Position numbers and translations under genes: made by a program
Notes under the pieces: generated by a model
Seen by the model: the letters and a program-made list of their open reading frames with translations, nothing else
What the model was told of the DNA's origin: nothing
The model's database searches: none
Origin: Geosiphon pyriformis uo1
Taxonomy: Eukaryota; Fungi; Glomeromycota
Direction: 5' to 3'
Assembly (NCBI GenBank): GCA_016748015.1
Contig: JAAOMT010000741.1
Location: 786,120 to 850,119, forward strand
DNA: 64,000 bases
Shown: positions 12,490 to 24,399 of the stretch, piece after piece
How the letters are laid out: every line of letters starts with the position of its first letter
Numbering within the stretch: position 1 is the stretch's first letter

Positions 12490-13342
12490 ACATTGTTAGA
12501 AAGACCAAAAGCCACTAATTTAATTAATATGAAATATAATATGCAATTCTTTCGCCCCCTAGTCTCAATAATTAACTCGCAGGTCGCAACTAAATTGATT
12601 AGCATAATTTTTTTGACAAGAAATTCCATTCTTTCACCATATATCACTCCAAATCATCCATATTTTGCGACATTTGTTTTTCTACTTCACGTTTAATAAT
12701 TGCCTACAAATTTCAATAGAATTTGGGTCCGGACTACACGACTGCTAGTCAATAACTTAGGTACATTTTCTGCACGAAACGCCTTAGCTACTCGACTTGT
12801 ACGCTTGGATTATTATCTTGCTGAAAGTCACTTTTTACCAAGTATTCCATTAACTTCTTCAACATTTTTTTGTAAATTTTCAACATAAAACTTAGCATCC
12901 ATGATATGCCGAAAACAAAATAATCTGGTTTTCCCTTCATAAAAAATTGCTCCGCGCAAAATATTTGCATGATCTTTTGATTTTAGATGAAATGGTTGTT
13001 TTCTCTTGTAGAAATGTTCAATTGTGTTTGGGAACAGTTGAAATGCTGTTTCATCCAAAAATAAGCTTTTTCAGCTTCCATTAAATTGAAATTTGCCCTA
13101 TCCAACACGTTTCTACTTTGGAAATTTCGTCAGTATTGGCGTAACACTTGGGAGTTTTTCATGTATCCAAAAGATTTTAAAATCTCTGCCAATTGTACGA
13201 TATAAAATTTTTACTCTTTCTGTATCTAGTTTACTGGCAAATTTTCGCAGAAACAAAGAATTTTCTTATGACGGCCATTACCGTCTTTACGCTTAATTTT
13301 TCCAGCTTTTGGGATTATATCGTACAGTTGAGATAGGTAGAT
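12490..13342 (-). mobile_element. Tc1/mariner (DDE_3) transposase pseudogene, copy B (inverted relative to copy A)
   Basis: DETAFQLFPNT, LFCFRHIMDAKFYVENLQ, QQDNNP and SPDPNSIE motifs. Nucleotide similarity to 9445-10330 includes both flanks. Confidence 0.85.
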
Positions 13343-15173
13343 TAATGATTTTAGTAGATTATTTGATTCGCAAATTTGTTTCTAATGTGAATTATAAACA
13401 AAGCTGCAGATTAATACCCTTTTTATAAATAATGGAAATGAAGTTTATCAAGCAATTTAATATTTATTATAAATAAATAAAATTTTCAAATTGATCAATT
13501 GTTTTATAAATATTTAATAGATTTTGTTTGTTTTGCTATTTGATTTTTTTGTATTTAACAAAAATTTTATTTTTAGTTTTATTGTTAAAAATCTATTTAT
13601 TTATTTATTTTTGTTATAGGTTTAATAACAAATTATAAATTATATTAATTGAATGTACAAAAAAATAAGATAAAAAATATAAAATAATTGTGAGCAGATT
13701 AATCATAATTAAAAAAAATCTTTGAAAACTAAATATTATAGCTGAAATAAAATTTAATAAGACTTTATATTTAGTGGATAAATTTAATACTTTTTTAATT
13801 AATTAATATATAAGCATCTTTTTTAAGTATGTATTTTAAAAAAGTTGATCAAATCAACTGTGAATTTTTAGTTTTATTATCAGTTTTTACTTTGAATCTT
13901 TATTTTTATTGCTTATATATATATATATAAATCTATTTTGTTGAGATGTGTTCATATTCACAATAAAACTTTTGTGGTAAAAATCTTTCGATCTGTAAAA
14001 TATATCATTCTTTTGTGATAAATACTAGTGTAACAATTTATTTGACACATTAAATTTTAAATTTTTTAATGTTATACATAATTATAACTGCTGAAAGCAA
14101 GTGTATTTATTTTGTTTTGTATTTTAAATTATTATCAACAAAGTTATTTAGTTTGTTCTTGTTTCTGATCCAATTGTATAAATATTTTTATTTTTTTGTA
14201 ATATTTATAAATTTACATTAGAATCGATTAGTAATTTTATTAGTTTCTGCAAAAATATTCAATAAAATATTATAAAATTTTTTTTTAATGTGAATAAAAT
14301 TAGCCGAATCCAAAATGTCTTATTCAAAAAACATTATGGTTTTTAATGGATATTATTTTTTGTCAATATATAAAATTAATTCATTTAAAAATATTTAAAT
14401 TTATCTTGACTTGTTCACGATTTCTTTTTAATTAAAATAGTCGTAAAATAAATATCCTAAAATATAAATATGGCTTTTCAATAATTGAATGGTAAATTAT
14501 TTAAATGTAGTAACGATTAAATAAATATATTTGTGAGAAATCTTTGCAAACAACTTATAGAGTAACAATAAATAAGAGAGTTTATACTTGAATTAAAAAT
14601 GGAAAAGCATTTGCAAATCTAAATTTCCAATAAACACACACATTTGCCATTTTTGGTAAAGACAATTGATTAAAAATAAAAATAAAAAAAGTAAAAAATA
14701 TTGCTTATAAATACTTGAACCTTAATCAGAATTTTGGGCAAACAGCTAAGCAAATATTAATATTGATTTACTTCCCAATTGGTCATGTTTAGGATACAGC
14801 AGGTTTATTAAAATTTAGTCCGAATGAAAACTGGCATACATGTAGTGTGATGTGTGTGTCAGAGAGTTCAGAAGAATGGTTTGACTACTGAATTTTGATT
14901 CCGAGGATCGGAGTTTCGTGGCTTCAAATGGAAATTAAATAAAGACTATATGGCAGTCATGAGACCTGAAAAAAAAACTAAAATCTCCTATTCGTTTTTC
15001 ATAATGCTAGGATAATTTCACAGCAGATAATGAATTCAAATATAGAATAATTTTTTTTTTTGAAGATGGGTAAAATATCTTTTTTATCTTTTGTTTTCCG
15101 AAATGAACAATTTTTAATTGACCCTTTAATCAGACTTATGACATTTCATTCAAAAGATTGAATACTATTCGCA

Positions 15174-16061
15174 ATGGCAAGAAGACAACGGAGACTTATA
15201 AAACCCTCACCTGGTAATGAAGGCACTTATCTTGATGATTCAAAATATTCTCCTATGATAGACCCTGGAGTACCTCAAATAATATGGTGGTTACTTGTTT
15301 CAGCTTTAAACATAGTTTTATTGGTATTAGGTGTAATTCTAATAAAAAATTATTATATCGATGTAAGCGTCAAAAAAAGTCTTTAAAATGAGAAAGGGAG
15401 TTTTATTAACCCGCTTTCTTTGAAATCTTTCTTAGTGGACAGCCCAAAATATAATTAAAAAGGAGTTGTTTTACTTTGTGCTCATTTGTGAAGGGTTACC
15501 GAGAATTGTTACTATTTTGCTACTTTGGTATTATAGCAAAAAACTATCTTACATTTTGGGATGCAATAGCTGTATTTATTTGTAAGTTTACTGATATTAG
15601 AATGGTTCTTTTATTTGAATTTCTTGAGAAATTAATTTGTTTCCTTATTTCAACCAGGCAAGAAAGAAGGTTATTTAGTGAATGGTGAAGTGGCAATAAC
15701 TCGTCGACAAATTCGCACTTTAGGCAATTGTGCTGATGGACTTAGTTTATTATACCTTTTATTAATGATAATTGCAATTTTTATAAATTTTGGAAACATA
15801 AGAGTAAAAACTGGAGAGGGATTTACGGGTGGAAATGTGGGTGAACATTTTAAAAGTGGCCTGGATGGAATAAAAAATGATTTCTCGAATTCAGGTGTGG
15901 CAGATCGAAAAATTATAAGTTTGGTAATCGCTTTAATCTTTCAGGCTATGATTCTAGTCACCCGAGTGATTATGTCTATAATGATTCAAAGTTGTCAACG
16001 GATATTTCCAGGTGATCTAGATGAACAAGGGGATATTATTTTTGGTGTTGTATTATATTGA
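15174..16061 (+). CDS. Multi-exon ~4-TM membrane protein (exons ~15174-15362, 15436-15581, 15658-16061); needs a -1 correction, most likely in the A6 run at 15538-15543
   Basis: GTAAGC/GTAAGT donors at 15363 and 15582, TAG/CAG acceptors at 15435 and 15657, hydrophobic helices in each exon. Intron phases reconcile only if one base is removed within exon 2. Confidence 0.6.
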
Positions 16062-17470
16062 AATATTTTCTCTAGATACAAAACTTTATTTTTATAGTTT
16101 TTTAATTAACTAATTTTCAAGAAATGTAATTATGTTTTAATAGTTTCCCAATAAGAATAAATTTCCATCCTCAATTATAAAAATCATTAATAAAATTAAT
16201 TCTCAAGAAAGCATATCAACAAAAAAATTAGATTCCAATACAGTATAAAGATTAATTTTTTTTTGCCCTTAATCTCTATATCCTTTTTTGGGAATGTTAA
16301 AAATTTGAAACTTTTCAAACATAACCTCAAAAAAAAGAACTTTTTATTTTTTTTTCTCTGGGTTGGTTTTGTTCACAAGTTAATATATCAAAGACAAAAG
16401 TTTCAAAATAATTGCAACAATGGATTTCCAAAAGGGCTTTTCTGTTTAGTGTCAGGTCTTTATGTTTTTATTTATTTGTAATTCAAACATCAAAGCTAGC
16501 AATAAATTCTTCAAAATTATATGTGACTTTTATCATAAAAATTTCAATTTTTTTTTTTAGCAGCTAATTGTTTCAAACTGTAATGATGGTTAACCCATGA
16601 AAAAAAAAACTTTGTGAATTTATAATTTCTAGTATTGTGTCTAACTACATTTAATATTTTGCTTTCATTAAGAAAATTTAAGCTGTTCTTATTTGCTTTT
16701 GAAAGTTAAAAATTAAACTTTTCAATTAGTTATTTGACAAAAGTGAATTGCAGATTTCTTTTCTCTTCATTTTAAATTATTTTAAATCTAATTTTTTAAA
16801 TTAAAATATATTAAGAATTTTTTATTACTTAAGTATTTGCAAAAATTTCCAACATTTACATTTACTTTTTAAAGTGTTCTATTTAGTCATTCGTGTAAAC
16901 ATTAGAGCTCAAGATATTTTAAACTTTATAATTTTTGAAAATTTATGGTTTGCATTTTTATACTTTCCTGGTGGCTCAACTTGAAGCTAGGGTCTTGAGT
17001 AATTGACCTTTGAATCGAGCGTACTTGTGGAAAAAACGCAATTTAACTGATTTCTTATAAGAACGAGTGATGCATGTTCGCTGCATAATGCCACCGAAAT
17101 CAAATCGTTTTGAAAAAAATTCCATATTAATCTTATTTTTCATCACTATATATTCGGCAGATTGGTGTATCAATTTAAAAATTTCCTTTTAAAGGATCCA
17201 AGATTAAGTTTCAGATTTTCGTTTAATGCCTAATAATTTTTGGATTGACCGTATTTATTGAATTTATATAATAACGGATTGATCTTCAAAAAGAGCGGAA
17301 TTATTTAAAAATTTATGAAACATATATAATATTTGGTTTAATTCATAATTTAGTTAATAGGTACTTTTGGGGGCGAAAGTTTCTGAAAAGCTTAGGGAAT
17401 ATATCAATGAATCAAAAAATTGGGAAAGCAGATGCAAAAAAGAAATATCGCAAAATAATCGATGAAAAGA

Positions 17471-17582
17471 AAACAGAACAGAACAGAACAAAACAGAATA
17501 GAACAGAACGAACAGAACATAACATAACAGAATAGGGCAGAACAGAACATGACAGAACAGAAGTGAAGAGAAGAGAACAGAA
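17471..17582. repeat. Degenerate pentanucleotide microsatellite (AGAAC)n downstream of the 17649-18635 gene
   Basis: aacagaacagaacagaacaaaacagaatagaacagaacgaacagaacataacataacagaat... Confidence 0.9.
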
Positions 17583-17648
17583 AAGGAAATTCTAAAACCG
17601 TCCAAATTTTCGATTTTTTAAAATGACCTGGCTAAAATTAGAAAATAG

Positions 17649-18635
17649 CTAATTCAATTGTTGAAACAATTCGTATAATTCAGCATCCTCCTCGATAAGG
17701 TCACTAGAATATTTTGGTTGGTATGATTCTAAATCTTTAAAGAAATCATCATCATCATCATCATGCCCAATCATAGCATAATCATCATTAATATCTTGGC
17801 CATCAAAATCTATTTGCTCAGAAGTTTCGTATTCAGACTGCTGAACCGTATGCCAATCACAATTACCATCATCTAGTTCGTCATCTTCAAAAATACCAAG
17901 TTCCGCCATTTGTTCAGGGGTAAGGTAACAATTTTCATTTCCTGGTGTCTCATCGAACCCTTCCCCTTCTTGGAAATCTTCCTCCTTATTACTTGAGATT
18001 TCAGTTTCTGATAAGGAAATTGGCTCATTTTTGATACTCGAGATTTCAAATTCAGTTTCTTCTGGTTCATTATAGAGCTGGCAATCATCTGAAGACTGAA
18101 AGGAAGATGATGAATGTTTCATCACTGTTAGCTGAGCGATGATTTCATATAATGTTCTTCTTTTTTCAGCAGATGACATTTCTTGTTCACATGGAGGAGT
18201 TTCCGATTTAATATGCTGAGTATTACTTTCTTTTTCTGAGGTTGGTTTTCCCATATCTTGTAAATCAGCAATAATCTGACCAAGGATTTGTCGTTTATCA
18301 TCATACGAAAACTGCTCTTCATTTGTCGTCATAAATTCATCATTGTCGTAATCATCATCTGCTGTAAGTAGATTTGAACAATTTTTGTTTTCTTTCAGCT
18401 TAGCGTTATATTGATTTTCGTCATTTTCATCATTCTCAATTGCTGCTGCTACCTCTCGCGATTTCAATGTTGCTTTTCGTTGTTTACGTATTGTGGCATG
18501 AGCCTTCTTTTTTTGGCGTGCCACGAAACGGAGGCGTCGAGATTTTTTACAAATTTGGGCATTTGAAGAAGTTTTCGAACTTTCGAACTTTAAGTTTTGT
18601 CCAGGTTTTGATGATGTTATATTAATCATTTCCAT
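17649..18635 (-). CDS. Hypothetical 328-aa protein: basic N-terminal segment (NLS-like), very acidic disordered C-terminus, two internal helical repeats
   Basis: Long single ORF in AT-rich DNA with aaaATG start. KKSRRLRFVARQKKKAHATIRKQRK, then D/E-rich tracts. Confidence 0.8.
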   Translation of the reverse strand: MEMINITSSKPGQNLKFESSKTSSNAQICKKSRRLRFVARQKKKAHATIRKQRKATLKSREVAAAIENDENDENQYNAKLKENKNCSNLLTADDDYDNDEFMTTNEEQFSYDDKRQILGQIIADLQDMGKPTSEKESNTQHIKSETPPCEQEMSSAEKRRTLYEIIAQLTVMKHSSSSFQSSDDCQLYNEPEETEFEISSIKNEPISLSETEISSNKEEDFQEGEGFDETPGNENCYLTPEQMAELGIFEDDELDDGNCDWHTVQQSEYETSEQIDFDGQDINDDYAMIGHDDDDDDFFKDLESYQPKYSSDLIEEDAELYELFQQLN

Positions 18636-21600
18636 TTTTGCAAGTTGGAGTGAAAGTAAAAAAAAAAACTGCGAAATTTAAAAATGTTTAGAAAATTTGC
18701 AACTTTTTTAAATCCTTCGGGATTCAAAATTTAAATCTGTTTCTTTCACTCCAAAGAAACTTGTTTCATAAAATTCAAACAGTGAAAGTTTCAAAAATGA
18801 GGGTTCTGCAGTGATTTTTTTGGGAAATTACAGTGCCACCGCGACCTTTCACAATAAGCCTGTCTGGTCAATTACAAATTACTAATTTATCCTATCGACC
18901 AATGACACAATCATTGATGCAGAATTGACGGCACGCACATGCACATATATAATGTTAATATTCTGAGATCGGCCGTTCTTTTATGGTAAGAATTTGTTGA
19001 TTTAAAGTTTTTTACCTTGATCAAATATACCTTTGAAACCAAACTTTAAATGGTAATTGATTTGGTTTAAGTATGTTTCCTTTGCAACTTTATTTTGAAT
19101 TGATTATCTTTCAATAATTGAGAAGATGAAGATTAAAATAATTTATTTTTGAAAAGAAGTTATTTAAGAGATGATGTTACAGCAAGAGCAGCTTTAGAAG
19201 GTCCAATTTTTTTAGTTTTTCCTCAGGCTTTTCACATTAAATGGGGCACATCTGCTGTAGGTTCCAAACAAGCTTAAGTACAAGTTTTGGCGAAGTGGAG
19301 TTGTAATACAACGAAAATATTTTAAACTTTCCTTTTTGTATTAAAATAACAACAAAAAAAAAGAGAAAATTGGATCGAAATCGATCCACTATGAGATAAG
19401 AATAAAGAATTAACCTCATGTTCTGCCTGATGATGCCTAATGTGTCTAGGGCATTGTTACATTGCAGATAAACATTTGTAGCTTGTGATTAATTTTCTAA
19501 ATATCTAAATTTCAATATAAAAAAATTTAAAAAAAGAATAATCAGGAGACAGATATATAATTTTTTGTTTCCCATTTAGAAAAAAAAAGAGATCAGTGAT
19601 TCTATAGTTTCATTGACCTTAAAGATTTTAGATCGGTTGGTATAGAATAATTTACAATGTATATTTCAAACTTTAAAAGCTTTTGCTTGAGATGTGAAAA
19701 TTTTTTAAATGACAGTTTTTTGAGTAGATTTTTTTATCTATTATTAAAATGAAAGGTCTTTTTTTTGATTATTGGAAATTTGCGGGTAGCAAGACCTGGA
19801 ATCTTTCAAGACAGACCACCTGTTTAAAAAAAGGTTTTTTAGTGGTTTTCATTAAGCAAAAAAAATTTCTTATCAGCTGACAAATTAAATTTAATCGCAA
19901 TGTTGAGATTAAATTTTTTTTTGCAACAGACTCGTTTGCTAATTCGATTTTTCGGGCATACCGTAAGTTGTTGACTGATGTAAGCGGTTATTTCCGATAT
20001 CAATTTCAGTACCGGTATACTTTAACAGGAAATATATTCCGTAAGTTGTACCCCCTAAAAAATTGTCAGAAATTGGTTTTTCAAAGCCATTACAAATTTA
20101 AAAATCATATGTATAGTATCCAAATATAAATGAAATTTCGGACCTAAAAATCAATAAAGGGTATAATTTATAGAGTGTCTACAAATCAATAATCTATTCT
20201 ATTTTATATAATTGAAACACCAATTTTTCCCCAAATGTTTGATATTAAGGTTTCAGGCATTGAAATATATATTTTATTGACAGTTCTGATGTAAACATGA
20301 ACTCTAAAATGTCTAACATCATATACCGGTATTTTTGGAACTTATTTTTAATGGATTTGACTAATAATAAATAATTTAAAAATGTAAGTTATTGAGACTT
20401 TGATAAAAACAATTTTATATTTGAAAAAATCACTTAATCAAGCTTTCTATCAGATATTAAATTCAAAATTATAGTTTTATCTGGATCATAAAAGTTACAA
20501 AATATATTAAAACAAGAATTAAATATTATTATCCAAAAAAATATTTAATTTTCATTTTTTAAGCAAAAATATTGTTGTGAGCACCCTCAAGTTTTTATTT
20601 TAGATTTGTGAACATTATTCTGAAAAACTTCAAATTTTCTTTAAAAAGTTTTTTTTCTGTAATTTTTTCCAATAGAAAAAATGCAGAGAATTTTAGAATA
20701 TACATTAAATTTGAAGATACAGTGTTACAAAACCCATACCATTTTCTTAGTGAAAAGAGTATAGTACAAGATCAAAAATCAACTAAATCTGAGATTTTAA
20801 AACATTTCAAAGAATAATTAAACAAATCGAGCTAGAAAACCAAATAAATATCGCAGAAACATTTTTGAAGCCAATATATATTTTCCTGATATTTGAGTAA
20901 CAAGAATATTTGAAACCCAGTTTAACCTCAATATTAAATCATTTGTTTCAAAAATAACTTAAATCTAATTTTGTACCACTATTTGAAAAATTTCTATATT
21001 TCATTTGAAGCCATATTACAAATTAAATTTAGCGATATTAATTTAATTTTAATTAATATTTTTGAAAATCAGAAAGAATTTTAATAGATTAAAGCATTGA
21101 ATAACTTTCCGTTTCGAATTGAAACTATTCTTGATTAGTATCAGAAAAGTAAATTGGAAAAACTTGAGTTCTGTGATATAGTCCTTAAAAGTTGTTATTG
21201 TTCTTTTTTCATGAGAAAATGAACAAAAAGGAGCTCAAGGAAAAATTTCAGTTTGAGAAACTTTTTTTAATCATATGTGTTATACCCTAAAGAGTGCAAA
21301 AATGCTTTTTTAAAATATTGTTAATCTTAACTCATTTTGAAAAAACTTAAATACATGCATAAAATGTACCACAAAAGGCGATAGAAGATCTTTGATGTTC
21401 CTGTGGGAAAATTTTATTTCCCCAAGAATACGTCAGCACATATTGCCCTTTAAACTTATGTAAATTGAAAATGATGGGTCCCGGGGTTTAAAAGCTTAAA
21501 AATTTGTGATTGAATGGAAATAGAAATGTATAGTTTAAATTCTAAACGCTTTCTAATGGTATCATCATCAAGTTCTTAAAGGATACAGGTTTCAAAGAAG

Positions 21601-24399
21601 ACAAAGAAAGTTGCAAAGTATAAGCAACTTGATTCACCGATCATTTTTCAGATACAAATGCTCCATCATTTGGAAAACAAGGATCATTCAAAAATTTTTC
21701 TCTGCATGCATAGCACAAAAAGTTATTAGCCAAATATCAACATATTTCAAAAAACCTAAAGAAGCCAAGTTTGTGCATCGATTGAAACAACTTGTCATAC
21801 ACTCCTTATGCGTCAATTATTTAGTTGATTAAATCTTGAATCTTTTTAAATGTTTATTGATTTAAGCAATTATGGCTAAATTTTGATGTCGCTAGGCTTG
21901 TTTCAAAGCAAATCCAAGACAATTCTTAAATTAGAATCAAGATTCGATGTCATTAGCAAACCTGGAGGGGGTGTCCTTCTCTTAAAATTGATTTTTTAAA
22001 ATGAGCTTGCTTTATGCTATTAATCCTTAAAAAAAGGTTTCTGGCTTTAATTTATGATTAAATCTTTTCAAAAGGGAAATTAAGTTATTAACGAACCCTG
22101 TGACTTTATCATATATTAAGTTGGTCATAATTTTATCGTTAAAAATATAGAGGATTGACAATACTCGTTTTAAAGGGTGTCAATAAAAGCTTACATATTA
22201 TTTTTGTTAAAGATTTCGAGTTTACCATTAAAGGCTGAATAAAAATTTCCAGAAAATATAAAGCTTTGGTATTTTCAAAAGTCCTAATCGAAACAATAAA
22301 AACCTTGTTTCGCCGGATTTGTTTAATTGAATACAAGATAGATTTACTAAAATTGTTCAATACCCTACGGTAAATAAACAGGTGAGGAACATCGATTGCA
22401 GCATTAAAGCCGATTTAATCAATAATACATAGCCCTCTTAAATTATCACCATAGATAAATCAAATTTTCATTAAGAATTTAACCCATCAAGGCACTCAAC
22501 ATACAGGTATTTGTTCACTATTTTCTTTGGTTAAATCATTTTTAAAGGAAAGACGATAACGTGATTAACATTCTGATGCACCATGGGAATGGTGACTACC
22601 CTTCTTATTGAATTTTGTCCCGGAAGTCAAGGGTCAAACTCAATTTCCCTCGTTAAACAAATACTCATCCCTCTTCATACTTCTCACCCTCAACTGACAG
22701 GAAATTCTAGCCAATAGCACGAAAGGTAATAATGCAAAAAGAGTAAGAGAGATCTCACCATATGTCAATCATCATATGACACTTTGAAATTTGAAAGAGA
22801 ATATTTAAGATGGCACCGGATAGAATAAAGTTTTTACATAAAAAGTGAAAACCTTATTCAAAATTTTCTTAAAATGGGCCTTGTATTGAAAATAATTATC
22901 AGTGCTCTCTCTTTCAACTTTTAAGACCACTCGGGTCATTCGACCCGTGAGCGTGTCGTATATGGCAGTGGAGTAGGCCATCTCCCGAGACAATAATTTA
23001 TTAAAGAAAGATTTTTAATTATTAACAATAAATTATGTAATTTTAAGCCAAAAGTTAGAAATAAAAACACTAATAAACATATTTTAGCGGTAATATTAAA
23101 AATACAGTATTATATTATTCTTATTATTATTTTGGGAAATTGAGATGCTTTTGAACACTAAATAATCCTTTAAAATTTAAATTAAGGTATAGGAAGAAAA
23201 AAATTAAAAGCAAATACATTAACATTGAAAAAACTTGATTGATTAAACTCTCACTGTCGAATTTGAAAATTTTGAATAAACAAAAAAACGATTTCAGAGC
23301 TAAATAATTGATTTTGAAAAAGAATTTTCTCAAGGTTTGAAACTATAAAAAATAGTAATCTTTTATATAAAAAATAAATTTTGAAATTTATATAAATTTC
23401 CCTTAATGTCACATCACAGAAGATTACCATATACCCGTACAATCAAAAATCTTGTGTTTCGCTGATATGTCAGGCATTTCACATAAATTTTCAGCAAGTA
23501 AATAATTCAGCCAATTTTAGAAACAATGCTTGAGTTGAAATTCAAATTTCACTTACTTTAAAAGTTGTTTGACTATTTTATTTTATAGCAGATTTCTTGA
23601 GCAAAATTTTTTTTTCCCTGTTTATTGCAACATGTGAAAAGTTTTCCCAGAATTTTTGTTAAGGGTTTACAAAAAATCTTCTAATCTGATATTTCAATTT
23701 CAATTTTTATTTTGATCTGTGAAATTTTCTTTCAGAAATTTTTTTTTATTGTTACAGGTCAAAAAACAAGCTAACACTGAGCAGAAAGAAAAGTAACTAA
23801 GGGGCAATATGAATCTAACTAAACCCTACAATTAGATTATGTATTATCCCAAACTATGTAACAATAAAAAGTTTATTGAAATGTAACTAATTCAAACAAA
23901 ATTTGATGAAATGTTCAATAGTTTGCCAAAATTCACAATCATCTTGAAAAAATTTGCTAAAATCTTTGCAAATTAATAGTATTAAAACTTGGAATAATAC
24001 TTTAGAAAAATTAAAATTAATTAATAGCCGAGAAGTTTTAATAATTGAAATAAATAAAATTCTTTAAACAAAGTCTTTTACCCGAATTATAAGCAATAAA
24101 AAATAACTTTTTTTAAAATCTATTTTATTATATTATAAATTAATAATTCCGATTGAAATTAAGTTTTTTTAGATTTTTAAAAATCCAAGACAGAATTCAT
24201 TTTTAGTTGTTTCACAAATTTCATTTTGTTTGAAAACTGAATATAACTTTTATGATGAAAGGAATTGGAACTGAGTGAAGCACTCGAAACAAGTAAAACA
24301 TAACAAACTAATCTAAGCTTCGATTTTCATATTTTGTTTAAAAAACTGAAAAAAACCTGGCCACTCTCTCCTTTTATATTCAAATAACCACAAAATATT

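Noticed and set aside
17354-17605. 83-aa hydrophobic ORF (VLFCSVLF repeats)
   Set aside because: Translation artefact of the (AGAAC)n microsatellite.
21550-22720. Moderately GC-richer patches with short ORFs
   Set aside because: No recognisable motif, start context or consistent splice structure.
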